Origin: an uncultured Oxalobacteraceae bacterium
GTDB taxonomy: Bacteria; Pseudomonadota; Gammaproteobacteria; Burkholderiales; Burkholderiaceae_D
Assembly (NCBI GenBank): GCA_965650445.1
Contig: CBFGOU010000001.1
Location: forward strand, 4,095-68,094
Length of the DNA: 64,000 bases
Direction of reading: 5' to 3'
The notes under the pieces were generated by a model that worked only from the letters and a program-made list of their open reading frames with translations, searched no databases and was not told the origin of the DNA. Both the position numbers and the translations under genes were made by a program. Every line of letters starts with the position of its first letter. Positions within the stretch are counted from its first letter, which is position 1. Shown piece by piece: positions 48,856 through 59,068 of this stretch.

Positions 48856-49694
48856 CACACTCTGTTACAGGGGAGATGAGTTTGAATAATACCGAGCGCC
48901 TTCTTAAACTCATGCTCGTAAAGGTCTAATGATCCGCGACGAATATTTTCAACGGCGGCGCGATGAATATCCACGCTGGTCTGGAATTCAACGACGCCGA
49001 AGCGCTCCGCAATGTCCTCAACGGCCGCTTTGCCCCACGCGTCTTCGGCCATGCCATCGGGGTGCAGGACTATGCTATGAAAATAGCCATTTTCCGCGCG
49101 CTTCGTCCCCGAGAATTGCGGCGAAAATCTGACGGCCAGAAGGGCTATTGGCTGTAGCCCTTTCAGCTCCTGCATCGCCTCGGCAAATGCCGCGCATCTG
49201 CCGAATGTATACCGCGCGGCATCGTGGGCCGGAATACACGGCTGGGGTCTATGCGGGATTGTGGCGAGGTAGCGAGAATTGGCCTTGATCGCTGCGGTAG
49301 CGCGGGTAATTTTCGTTTCGTCTGGCTGCCACCGCAAAGGTAACTGTCCTAGCCTGGACTCCTCATAAAATCGAGTTGTAACGCCGCCGGTGCCGGTTGC
49401 GACTCTCTGAACGAGCTTGACGATGGTGCTTTGATTGAATTCGCTGATTGTTTTGACACCACGGACATCAAAGATACTGTCTCGATTGTCAGCCACATAA
49501 ACCCTGAGTGGCTTTAACTGGTCGAGAGGAATATTGGCGTGGAGAGTGGTTGATGTTGACCACCAATCCACATGAAGCAGCCAGCCGGTCATGCGCGCCA
49601 AGGCTACCGCGAAATTCACGCAATCTTCGGCCTCCCATTCGGCAATGAGTTGCTCCCCAAAACCTTCGCTTCTCTGCGCTTTCGCTTGTCCCAT
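48855..49694 (-). CDS. hypothetical protein with two papain/transglutaminase-like repeats
   Basis: DCVNFAVAL...FDVRG and GRCAAFAEAM...HSIV...EDAWG. Confidence 0.6.
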   Translation of the reverse strand: MGQAKAQRSEGFGEQLIAEWEAEDCVNFAVALARMTGWLLHVDWWSTSTTLHANIPLDQLKPLRVYVADNRDSIFDVRGVKTISEFNQSTIVKLVQRVATGTGGVTTRFYEESRLGQLPLRWQPDETKITRATAAIKANSRYLATIPHRPQPCIPAHDAARYTFGRCAAFAEAMQELKGLQPIALLAVRFSPQFSGTKRAENGYFHSIVLHPDGMAEDAWGKAAVEDIAERFGVVEFQTSVDIHRAAVENIRRGSLDLYEHEFKKALGIIQTHLPCNRV

Positions 49695-50363
49695 TCGTTA
49701 ATCCTCATTGGTTCTGCAGCCAAATGTTTTGGGCGCCAATATTCACTAGGTAATTTTACATTGAACAAGTCCGAACTTCTTAGAGGTTGCCCAGATCACG
49801 TCGGCGGCGCTCTTGTCATGAACTGGGCTGTGTTGGGGACAGCGCCTATGCCTGTCTCACCACCTTGCACAGTGAGGCTATAAGCTGGGCAAGTTTCCGG
49901 CCCCGCCTGATTTCCAGGTTCTTCGGAGAACGATCGCCGCTGTGTAGGCTTACGTTTGACCTATGGTACGCTGTCTTCTACCTACTAACTAGATTGGCCC
50001 AGCGATAGCTCTCGGCATACCTTTGACATAGGGTCAAACGTGAGAATTGGAATTTGCAAGTCATATCAAGTGGTAATTGACTAGTCGTGCGCGCTTTAGT
50101 GAAGCGGGTGACAATTGGCTTTCATAGTCTGTTGACAAGTACTCCAAGTTGTGGAGTCTACACATGAGAACGCCGATTTGGATGAACCCGGAACTTTGGG
50201 ATGCGTTCTTGGCGGCTTGGACAGACCAAGACGGAAGGATACGGTGCATTGTGCAACGCTGGACCGCATTGGTAAGGTACTTTCGTCCTATACTCTCTTG
50301 GTCTGGGCTCACGGAATGAGCTTGAACAAGCGGTGGCAGGGTTGTCGTACCCAAGGGAGATAA

Positions 50364-51338
50364 ATGGACCGAAGCGAGCGATTGCACAAGATCGATCAAC
50401 TGCTTACTACGCGGCGTGTGGTCTCCATCGCGACCTTCCTGAACCAGCTGGAGGTGTCGCTGGCGACCTTAAAGCGGGATCTACACTACATGAAGAATCG
50501 CTTGAACGCGCCCATCGTCTTCGACCGGGAGGCGGATGGCTATCGCTTTGACGTCCAGGCGCCGATCGGGCCGGCCTATGCTCTGCCGGGGCTATGGTTC
50601 AACGACAGCGAGCTGCACGCACTCCTGGCCATGCAGCAGCTCCTGGACGAGATCGAGCCTGGACTGTTGGGGCCGCACATTGCACCGCTACAGGCCAAGA
50701 TCCAGCGCATCCTGTGCTCGTTGGATGATGCGCCGGACGAGATCGCCAAGCGGGTGCGGATAATCGCGCTCGGCCGGCGTAAGATACATGTGCAGGGATT
50801 TCAATCGATTGCTACGGCGACCGTTCGCCGCAAACGACTCCGAATCATGCATTGGAATCGCGCCAACAATACGCAAACCGAGCGTATCGTCTCGCCGCAG
50901 CAGATCGTCTATTACCGCGATAATTGGTATCTCGATTGCTGGTGCCACTTGCGCAAGGACGTCCGCAGCTTCGGCATTGATGCGATCGAATCGGCGGAAC
51001 TGCTGGCCGAGCCGGCTCGGGAATTGCCGATCGAGGCACTGCGCGACCTACTCAGCAGCGGCTATGGCATCTTCGGTGGCAGCACGGTGCATTGGGCTAG
51101 GTTACGCATCGGCCCGACGCGCGCCCGCTGGGTCGCCCGCACCGTCTGGCACTCCGAACAGAAGGCACTATTCGACGAGGATGGCCATTATCTGCTCGAG
51201 ATTCCTTATACGGACGACCGCGAACTCATCCAGGACATCCTGACCCTGATGCCGGACGTCGAGATTCTCGGCCCAACAGTCCTGCGCGAGCGCGTACGGT
51301 CGATATTGCAGACCAGTCTTAAGTTGATTGATCGGTAG
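50364..51338 (+). CDS. YafY/WYL-domain transcriptional regulator
   Basis: N-terminal wHTH LEVSLATLKRDL; NWYLDCWCHLRKDVRSF; WCX-like C-terminus. Confidence 0.93.
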   Translation: MDRSERLHKIDQLLTTRRVVSIATFLNQLEVSLATLKRDLHYMKNRLNAPIVFDREADGYRFDVQAPIGPAYALPGLWFNDSELHALLAMQQLLDEIEPGLLGPHIAPLQAKIQRILCSLDDAPDEIAKRVRIIALGRRKIHVQGFQSIATATVRRKRLRIMHWNRANNTQTERIVSPQQIVYYRDNWYLDCWCHLRKDVRSFGIDAIESAELLAEPARELPIEALRDLLSSGYGIFGGSTVHWARLRIGPTRARWVARTVWHSEQKALFDEDGHYLLEIPYTDDRELIQDILTLMPDVEILGPTVLRERVRSILQTSLKLIDR

Positions 51339-51638
51339 CGTCCGGGCGAATTGCCGGCAATTGTCTCCGACAATGTCCGCATACATAAAAGGTTTCAGAT
51401 GGCAACTTTATGTGGCGTTAGCGCAGCGCGTCCTGATAAAAAAAGCTTGCAGGTTGCGCAAGGAAGAATCGGTCTTGGCACACGCGACGCTGCCCGCCAA
51501 GTCAGGCAGGACAAGGCATTCTAGCTATGTGTACAAAAAAGTATATATATAGAAAAAGGTATAGATAACCTTAATTCACCTGGTAAGTATGCAAATGTCA
51601 TTTGCGGCAACACCATACAACGGCCGACCATGGTGGGA

Positions 51639-52607
51639 TCAGCGCGCATCCATGGCCTGCGCCAAGATGCCGGCAATCTCGGTGCGCAACCGCGCATCGA
51701 GCATGAACACTTCCTGGAAGATCCGCGCGCGGTTCTTCTTGAGCTGCGCGAACAGCGGCACGGTCGGTATCGCTCCCCACGCCGTCTTGGCTGCCCGCGC
51801 GGCATCGAGATAATCCGATGCGAAGCTTGGAACGAATAGCCGGAGTTCCCGCCCGAGCGCTGCGGCCATGTCATGGCCAATCTGCACGCCCTCCGGATCG
51901 AAATCGCCGAAGTGCAACCATGGAGTTCTGGGTAGCATCCTGAGCAGCGAGACCGCCGCTTCGATATCGGCGCCTGGGGCGTAAATCACGAGCGTGGCAT
52001 GATCGACGGGAAGATCGACGTAGGCTCCGATGTTTTCGCACGTGATCACCAGTTGGGGCATCGTGTGGCACAAGCCCTGGATCTTCATCCAGCCGCGCTC
52101 GGGAATGGCGCACTCGTACGCCCGGCGAGCGCGCTCGCTGAAGTCGACGATAGTGCCATCCTCGTCGAGGCCGGCCAATCCTTCGTTCGGCCGGAATCGC
52201 AGCACCCAATCTTTGGTGAGCACGACAGGAGCGGCCACCTTGGCCAAATGCTTGGGCCCAAGGCCTACTGCGGCATTCCAGTTTCTCCGGTTGATCATCG
52301 CGGCCGTCGCGGAAACCTGCCGGCGCAACATTGGGAGCGCGGCGATATCCGACGGTTCGAATGGCGAACGGTCAAGCCGGCGCAAGAGTGCAAAATCTTG
52401 CTCCCACGTCGGCAGCATCGCGGCCAGCCGCTCCTTCATGCTGGAGAAGGCAGCAGGACGTGCCGCCCAAGTCGATTGCCGGGTAGTTGGCTCGATCCAG
52501 CGAGCCGTGCTCAGACGCTGGATCAAATCACGGTTGCGTACGCCAGCCTTGGCCTCGCGAGTCTCCAACAACCTCGCTAACAGGGAAATTTCAAGGTCAT
52601 CCATCAT
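51639..52607 (-). CDS. jetD: JetD/MksG-like Toprim nuclease (DUF2220-type C-terminus)
   Basis: ITCENIGAY, HFGDFDPEG, QE motif; ATGA overlap with mukB. Confidence 0.8.
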   Translation of the reverse strand: MMDDLEISLLARLLETREAKAGVRNRDLIQRLSTARWIEPTTRQSTWAARPAAFSSMKERLAAMLPTWEQDFALLRRLDRSPFEPSDIAALPMLRRQVSATAAMINRRNWNAAVGLGPKHLAKVAAPVVLTKDWVLRFRPNEGLAGLDEDGTIVDFSERARRAYECAIPERGWMKIQGLCHTMPQLVITCENIGAYVDLPVDHATLVIYAPGADIEAAVSLLRMLPRTPWLHFGDFDPEGVQIGHDMAAALGRELRLFVPSFASDYLDAARAAKTAWGAIPTVPLFAQLKKNRARIFQEVFMLDARLRTEIAGILAQAMDAR

Positions 52608-55600
52608 GCTGTCCCATGGGCGTCCGGGTCAACAACACGCACGGCGCGGATGATCAACCGCTCATCGGGATCGAAGCGCCGCGCGAGCGCATACAGTTGG
52701 CAGCCGTATTTCGGTTCGATCGCCGGCGCGGTGACAAGTAGCTGGAATTTTTCACGCTGGGCAAATTCGACCAGCGATGCCTGGCCGGCGGAATTGAGCC
52801 GGCTGATTTCATCGACGGCAAACAAGGGGCGGATCTGGCTGACCTTCACGCCTTCGCCGCTCGTTTCGCCGCGCGCTGCGAGCGAACGCGTTAGCATGAG
52901 CGCCACAGCTAGGCCGCCGCCGATTGCCTCCGTTCCCGACAAGGATACAGCCGGGTTCCACGATCCGGTGCGTCGCCGCGCCTGGATCACTAAGTCGACA
53001 TAGTTGCGGTAATCCAGCAACTGGTCGCCGTCGAACTTGCCATGGATATTCTGCAGCTCGAAGAATTCGTTCAGGGCTTCCTGAATCGGCCTTTCACCGG
53101 CGAGCAGGGTGGGTTGGTCGGTAAGCTGTTCGAGCAGATCCAGCATGCGCCGGCGTGGAATCAGGGTGATTTGAATTCCGGTGACATTGCCAAATTCGAT
53201 CGATTGGCCGAACTGGCTGAGCTTTTCGAGTTTCGTCTTCTGGCTGCGCACGCTCGTGCTGATGTTTAAGAGCAGATTGCGGGCGTTGATGCGCAATTCA
53301 TTCTCCTGCCTGGCCAGATCGCTGTCGAGCGTAGCGCGTCGAGCCAACGCATGTTCAATCAGATCGTCGTCATCCATGTCGGCCACGTCCGTGCTGACGA
53401 TCTCGCGCACGGCTTTCATCAGCTCAGGCCAAATGCGGACGATGCTGAGCCGGTCCTCTGCATTGACTTCCAGCAGGGACGGCATGCTGGAGACCAGATC
53501 GCCGCCGAGGGCATTCTGCAGCTCCGACATGCGCCTAGCTTGCATGCCAGTGACATTCTTGGGCAGCTCATCGGCCGGATTCGATTCCTGTTCGAAACGG
53601 CCGAGGCTCTCACCCAGAAAGTCGGCGGCCAGAGCGTACTCTTGCCGACAATTCGCCAACACTGCCGAGGCCTTGGCCAGCGCTTCATCGATGTTCTCGA
53701 TATTGTGCGCGATGCGCGACAAAGCGTCTCGCTTATCTCCAACAGTGCGCCGCAGCTCCTTGAGCTGCGCATCGAACGGCGAACCGATTTCGGCGATACG
53801 GTCGGCCAACGCGCCATGGGCCAGTTCGATAGCGGCGTAGTCGGACTGGCATTGCCTCCATCGCTTGCCGGCCTCGTCCGATGCCATGGCAATCGCGGCC
53901 GGATCGCCCCGGTGATCGAGATAGAACCCGATCACGTCCCGGTTGCTCCAGAGTGTTGTGCGTTTGCCTTCGCTCTCGTCGATCGCAAGCAGCGTCGTGC
54001 TGTGCTTTTTCGTTAGCACCTCCAATTGAGTAGCGATGGCGGCTTGCCGCACCTTCCTTGCCTCGTCGCCAAAAGCTGGCACCTTGTCGCGGTTCACGAC
54101 GACATGGCCTTCGGCAAGCTCGGCGATGACCCAGTGGCCGGCCTGTCTTGTCGCCAGCGGCTGTGGAACCGTGTCGCCCAGCCAAAATATGTCGGGAAGG
54201 TCGGTTGACGGTGTCAATCGGGTAATGTCGTCCAATGACACGCCGACTAGGCCGTCAACGAGTCCGCCGAGTGACGCTTCGTACTCGAGCGCTTGCTCAA
54301 GTGGCAAGTGGCGCAACGACTGCTGCAATGTACGTGCGCCCAACTGCGCGGCCAGTTGTTCGGATCCATCCGAGGCACGTCCTGCTGCAAGGCGATTGGC
54401 TTCCGCCTGCAGCTCGCGCATGGCCAGCTCTACCTCCACGGTGCGCGTCTGCAGGCTCCGGATATTGGCCTGGAGCCTTCGCTCCAATCCATCGAAGGAT
54501 TCGCTGACGTGTTTGTCGCAGACGGATTTCCAGAGCTTTTGGCCGGCGTTATAGCGACTCAGCTCGCCAGCCGCATGATCGGCCTTTTTTCTTGCCTCGG
54601 TCGCGGCGGTATACAATTCGGTCTTCTGCCTGCCGAGATCCTTCAGTTCGGCCGAAGCCCGTTTCAACGCATTCGTTTTGGACTCTTCAGTGACCGCGAT
54701 CATGTCTTCTGCCGACGCGACGGACGCTTGGAGTTCCTGGCGCGTCAATTGCCAGTTCGCGTGATCCATCTTCTTCACACGGATGTCCTCCGACGCGACA
54801 TGGGCGTCATGGCGGATGCCGTCGAGCGCAGTACGCACCGCCAGCTTGCCGACGCCATAGGTCGACTGGAGTAACGTTAGCTCGCGCGTGGCGTCCGCCA
54901 CGGCCCGCCGCGTCTTGAGCATTTCGTTCGTGCATTCCTGGAGTCCCTGCACGATATCCCGCAGCTGAGTCGGCGGCGGAAGAAGGTAATCCTTGAGTTT
55001 ATGGATGATTTCCTCGGACAAACCACCGCGAAACGTCGCCTCAAGCAACTTTGCATACAGTCGGCGGTCGGCGAGATCGGTCATCGGGCTGGGCAAGACA
55101 CCAGCCTGGTAGAGCAACTGGCAGTATTCGCCGACGCTGCGGCAACTCAACAGGTCGACCCCGCTCCCGGCAAGGTGCCGTTTGAGCGCCGGCAGGTCAG
55201 GGTAGACGATGGTATCGCCCTCGGTCACACACATCAAATCCTGGATGCCAGCACCTTCGGGCGCATTCCGGATGTGCCAACACTTGAAATGCGCCTTGCC
55301 ATCCTCGGCCTCCACTTGGATGCCGACAATAAGTCGTTCGTCATGGCGAGTGGTGATCTCCAAGATAACGTAGGCGTACCCGTATTGGGGATCGATACGA
55401 CCGAGCAACGTATCGGTGCCCGTCGCTTGACTATCGCGCACGTCCGAGATCGGCTGAATTTCCATGACGCGACGATCCGGCAGCAAGGCATACACCAGCG
55501 TCATAAGCAGCGTGGATTTGCCGGCGCCAGGTCCACCCACCAGTCCCGTCATGAGCCCATGCAAGGTCAGCGATTCGCACCCCATGATGCCGCGCCAGCC

Positions 55601-55639
55601 GATATAGCCGACACGCTCAATTCTCGCTACTGTCGTCAT
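52604..55639 (-). CDS. mukB: MukB-like SMC ATPase (1011 aa)
   Basis: GGPGAGKST, LLDYRNY, LSGTEAIG, VDEISRL, QLLVTAP; coiled coils; start after AAAGGGG. Confidence 0.85.
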   Translation of the reverse strand: MTTVARIERVGYIGWRGIMGCESLTLHGLMTGLVGGPGAGKSTLLMTLVYALLPDRRVMEIQPISDVRDSQATGTDTLLGRIDPQYGYAYVILEITTRHDERLIVGIQVEAEDGKAHFKCWHIRNAPEGAGIQDLMCVTEGDTIVYPDLPALKRHLAGSGVDLLSCRSVGEYCQLLYQAGVLPSPMTDLADRRLYAKLLEATFRGGLSEEIIHKLKDYLLPPPTQLRDIVQGLQECTNEMLKTRRAVADATRELTLLQSTYGVGKLAVRTALDGIRHDAHVASEDIRVKKMDHANWQLTRQELQASVASAEDMIAVTEESKTNALKRASAELKDLGRQKTELYTAATEARKKADHAAGELSRYNAGQKLWKSVCDKHVSESFDGLERRLQANIRSLQTRTVEVELAMRELQAEANRLAAGRASDGSEQLAAQLGARTLQQSLRHLPLEQALEYEASLGGLVDGLVGVSLDDITRLTPSTDLPDIFWLGDTVPQPLATRQAGHWVIAELAEGHVVVNRDKVPAFGDEARKVRQAAIATQLEVLTKKHSTTLLAIDESEGKRTTLWSNRDVIGFYLDHRGDPAAIAMASDEAGKRWRQCQSDYAAIELAHGALADRIAEIGSPFDAQLKELRRTVGDKRDALSRIAHNIENIDEALAKASAVLANCRQEYALAADFLGESLGRFEQESNPADELPKNVTGMQARRMSELQNALGGDLVSSMPSLLEVNAEDRLSIVRIWPELMKAVREIVSTDVADMDDDDLIEHALARRATLDSDLARQENELRINARNLLLNISTSVRSQKTKLEKLSQFGQSIEFGNVTGIQITLIPRRRMLDLLEQLTDQPTLLAGERPIQEALNEFFELQNIHGKFDGDQLLDYRNYVDLVIQARRRTGSWNPAVSLSGTEAIGGGLAVALMLTRSLAARGETSGEGVKVSQIRPLFAVDEISRLNSAGQASLVEFAQREKFQLLVTAPAIEPKYGCQLYALARRFDPDERLIIRAVRVVDPDAHGTA

Positions 55640-56255
55640 CCAGTTCCCCTTTCGTTCCAGTGTTCGAATGCGCATTGACGACGACACCACGTTCGACAAA
55701 CAACTGCAACGCTGCATCCCCTTGTGCGTTTTCGTGGCGTGCGATGTCGGCAAATCGGTGGATCGCCTCAAGTGGCTTGATAGCTGCACCTTTCATTTCG
55801 ATGAACCGCAGGTCCACGAGCAACTTGAGTGCGCGCCGGATTTCCTCGGTAATGGCAGTGTCCGCGGTCGTCTCGGTGCTGCGTGGCGCATAAGTACGGC
55901 GCAACGTCTCGCGTGACACCGACGTTTCGATGTCGCGAAAAAGTTGATTGGTGTTGATGAACCCGGAAGACCGGGTAATCTGCGGATCGCGCGCCTTGAG
56001 CGCAATGACTTCACCAAGGTGGACGCAGGATTTCGGCAAGAGCGTCGTTCGCAAAAGGCTGTCTTTCCCCGTGAGGTAGAAGCACCCGTCAGGATGCTGG
56101 TGCAACCCGCACCCGTAGCCTTCATAGAAGGAAGTCATCTCCCCGAAATGACGGCAGATGTAATCGTAGAAGCCAATGTCTGTGCGATTGATATGGCCGC
56201 CGCGACGCAGCGTGACGTCGATCTCGGCAAACGTTCGTTCATGGAAGATGCTCAC
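55617..56255 (-). CDS. mukE: MukE-like KITE subunit
   Basis: DVTLRRGGHI, FYEGYGCGL...PDGCFYL; GTG overlaps the mukF TGA. Confidence 0.8.
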   Translation of the reverse strand: MSIFHERTFAEIDVTLRRGGHINRTDIGFYDYICRHFGEMTSFYEGYGCGLHQHPDGCFYLTGKDSLLRTTLLPKSCVHLGEVIALKARDPQITRSSGFINTNQLFRDIETSVSRETLRRTYAPRSTETTADTAITEEIRRALKLLVDLRFIEMKGAAIKPLEAIHRFADIARHENAQGDAALQLFVERGVVVNAHSNTGTKGELDDDSSEN

Positions 56256-57577
56256 TTGGTGATCCTCACTTCCTCGATGCTGATGCGATTTGTCACGCGC
56301 TCCCACTGCCGCCTCCGGACGTCCAGAAGGCCGGTCTCGGCCATCAGCTCGATAAGCCAAGGGAAATGCAGCGCCAATGTCATGTCGGCTCCGGTGGCGT
56401 CGTGCGCCTGCTTAAGTAGCCGCGATGCATGAGCCTCTCCGTCCAACAGCGCTTCCATCAGATAGCGACGGAGCAGCTCGGGCAATTTGTCGGGACTGAC
56501 TTCCTCGTATTCACGCTCCTTGCTCAAGAGTTGCCGAGGCAGGCGCGGCGGCTCCCTTGGGGGCGTCTCGCGCATGTCGTCGCGCATCCGGACAAAAGGC
56601 TGCTCTCGGACGATCTCGAGCGTCCATTCCGGCGTCGCCGCGATCGCACGCTTCAAGGCCTCGGTGACGCGGCGATGACGGTCGATACGGATGATCGTTC
56701 GCAGGAAATCGTGGACCACGTTGTGATGCGCGATCCAGTCGGTGGTGCGCGCCGCGGTCCACTGCGCGATTTGCGTTAGCCGGCGCGACAGGTCATCGCA
56801 GACCTGTTCCACGCCGCGCGGATGATAGGGCGCTGCGAGTGTTGCGATCCGTTCGATCAGGGAGAAGGCCCGACTGGTAGACGCGACCACGATCTCCTGC
56901 AGATCGTCGATCGTATGGATCACGAGATCGAGCTTCTCCTCGCACAGGTCGATCGACGCTTCGCTTTCTTCGTTGAGCAACGTCGGGATGAATTCGCGCA
57001 GTGCGGCATGCTGGCGATCCAATTCTTTCTGGTGACGTTGGATTGCAATCAGCATCGCTTTCAAGGCATGCTGCATTTGCAGCACGACATCAAAGTGCCA
57101 GTCGTCGGAATCCACAGCATGCTCGGCAGCTTCGGCAATACGCGCCAGCTGCGTGATGAATGCACGGAAAATCGCGGTCAACGGCTCCCCGGAAAAGACG
57201 GACTGGCTCAAGTGCCAGTCTGCCACGGCATCGCCTAGCGGGGTGATTTGATACTCAGTATCGTCATTGACATCGAGCCGGAGCAAGTCGGCCCGTGTCA
57301 GGCATTCGGCCTCTTCGAGACGATTGAGGATCATTGTAAGACGCCGTTCGGCGCCTTGCGGGTCGCGCGGATCGAGCGCGTCGAGACGGCTCTGCAACGC
57401 CTGGATGGTCGAATGGGGCAGACTCAGCGCGATCTCGCTGCTCGATTCGATTTCATAGCGCATCAGCACAAGAAGGGCGATGTCGCGCGGCGTCAGTTCC
57501 AGCGAACGACCATCCTCGAGTATGGATTGGACAGCGTCAAGAATTTTTGCGCGATCCGGCGGCGGCGTATCGGCCAT
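56252..57577 (-). CDS. mukF: MukF-like kleisin (441 aa)
   Basis: YQITPLG, WHFDV, HNVVHDFLRTIIRIDRHR. Confidence 0.8.
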   Translation of the reverse strand: MADTPPPDRAKILDAVQSILEDGRSLELTPRDIALLVLMRYEIESSSEIALSLPHSTIQALQSRLDALDPRDPQGAERRLTMILNRLEEAECLTRADLLRLDVNDDTEYQITPLGDAVADWHLSQSVFSGEPLTAIFRAFITQLARIAEAAEHAVDSDDWHFDVVLQMQHALKAMLIAIQRHQKELDRQHAALREFIPTLLNEESEASIDLCEEKLDLVIHTIDDLQEIVVASTSRAFSLIERIATLAAPYHPRGVEQVCDDLSRRLTQIAQWTAARTTDWIAHHNVVHDFLRTIIRIDRHRRVTEALKRAIAATPEWTLEIVREQPFVRMRDDMRETPPREPPRLPRQLLSKEREYEEVSPDKLPELLRRYLMEALLDGEAHASRLLKQAHDATGADMTLALHFPWLIELMAETGLLDVRRRQWERVTNRISIEEVRITK

Positions 57578-57578
57578 G

Positions 57579-57875
57579 TCAGATCAGGATTCGGAAGTAA
57601 GCAGGATTCAACTTGTAGTGATACGACAAGTGAACACGGACGCCCCGTTGAAGGAGGCCGATCTTGCACAACCGCTGCATCGCCCGTCCCACGTAAGCCG
57701 CATTCGCGGCCAAGTCAGTAGCGAGCTGAGTCTGCGCAATAATGTCGCCCGCTGGCGGCAGGGCGCCAGCCAGATGCCAGAGCACGCCATGCTCGATCTT
57801 GCTCAACGGATATTGCTTCAGCATTCGCAATCCTCCTGTAGTTACGACCACATTCCGATCCGGCGCTTTTGCCAT
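57579..57875 (-). CDS. small winged-HTH protein (RepL/MarR-like) heading the muk operon
   Basis: QTQLATDL...VGRAMQRLCKIGLL...YKLNPAYF; GAAGGA RBS; stop 1 bp from the mukF ATG. Confidence 0.75.
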   Translation of the reverse strand: MAKAPDRNVVVTTGGLRMLKQYPLSKIEHGVLWHLAGALPPAGDIIAQTQLATDLAANAAYVGRAMQRLCKIGLLQRGVRVHLSYHYKLNPAYFRILI

Positions 57876-57887
57876 ATTTCCTTCTCC

Positions 57888-57931
57888 GTATATGTGCAAA
57901 TAAGTATATATATACTTATTTGCACATATAC
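57888..57931. repeat. perfect 44-bp palindrome without spacer
   Basis: GTATATGTGCAAATAAGTATAT|ATATACTTATTTGCACATATAC. Confidence 0.95.
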
Positions 57932-58445
57932 CCCAAACGCTTTGTCCCGTCTAGGTTTCCGGCTAGCGCGCTTCCTCTTTCATCATGTTGTCACGTGCCA
58001 GGTAGGACGTTTCGAGCTTGGGCAGGTGGAATATCGCGCTATTACCCGCACACGATAGCGCGCATCAGGCTCACCAGATGAGCTTGCAAAAAAATAATGA
58101 TCGGGCCGGAGAAATAGTGTTGCCTACTACGCAATAGATGACTTTGTTAGCCGTCAAATTGCGTGATACCTGCCAAGCTGAGATAAACGCGTGGCTGCGT
58201 CAAACTTCCCCGGCATGGTTGGAGCCTGTCTGCACGAGGTGGCCCCGTTCAACATCTTAAAGGGCGAGCTCTGCACTGTGCGGTTCCTCGCAAGCAACTC
58301 TCGCGAGCGCATCCCGATATTCGAACTTGACGACGGCAACGCGCCTTCCAACGTCGTCCGAACTCCTCCAATGAAGGTTAGTTCGCTGCTGCCACAAGTA
58401 CGTCCTTGCCCTATAATGACTTTCACTCGGTCCCAAGGAGGCATC

Positions 58446-58685
58446 ATGAAACTTAGCGAACGCGGCAATTTCCGAAGGTTTAGTTCTCCGACTATTTTGC
58501 GCGGCGATACACCTTTCATGGGCGCGACTGTGCAGCAGTGGGATGATGTCTTTACCGGTAGCATGAGCAAAACGCTGATCGAAGTTAAAAGGCGCGTCAT
58601 GAGCGGCCCAAGGCGTGACGTCTCCCAAGCCATCACTTCTGACCTAGCCAGTTTCGCTGGCCGTCGTCTTGCTGGACACAAGTGA
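58446..58685 (+). CDS. small hypothetical protein
   Basis: AAGGAGG RBS before ATG 58446. Confidence 0.45.
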   Translation: MKLSERGNFRRFSSPTILRGDTPFMGATVQQWDDVFTGSMSKTLIEVKRRVMSGPRRDVSQAITSDLASFAGRRLAGHK

Positions 58686-59068
58686 TAGCGACCATGGCTT
58701 GCAGCGGCATTTGCCCCATGTAGGCCGCCTCTTCGAAAACCGCCAAGCTCAAACGAATGTTTTACGTTTCTCGAAGTCGAGAATTTGTCGATGGAGAATA
58801 ACTAAGCCCAGCCGCCAGCGCAAGGACCACAACCATTGCAATCGCCGGTCTTGTTGCGTCGCCTGTAAGGATTTCCCCGAAACCGCAACTGGGATCCCAC
58901 GGTGTCGACAGGTCTGGGTTCAGATAATGTAGGCTTGCTAGCGCAACTACAATCCGTCGGCAGGATATCGCGCTGCGACAGTACAAATCCTCGCCTCCCC
59001 TATGCTTTGGCGGGCTTGGTGCTACCAGGTGGGCCAACGTCCCGCCCACTGACGTATGTATGTCCCAA

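Noticed and set aside
57888-57931. Palindrome as an intrinsic terminator
   Set aside because: No loop, AT-rich stem, no U-tract, and it lies upstream of a start codon
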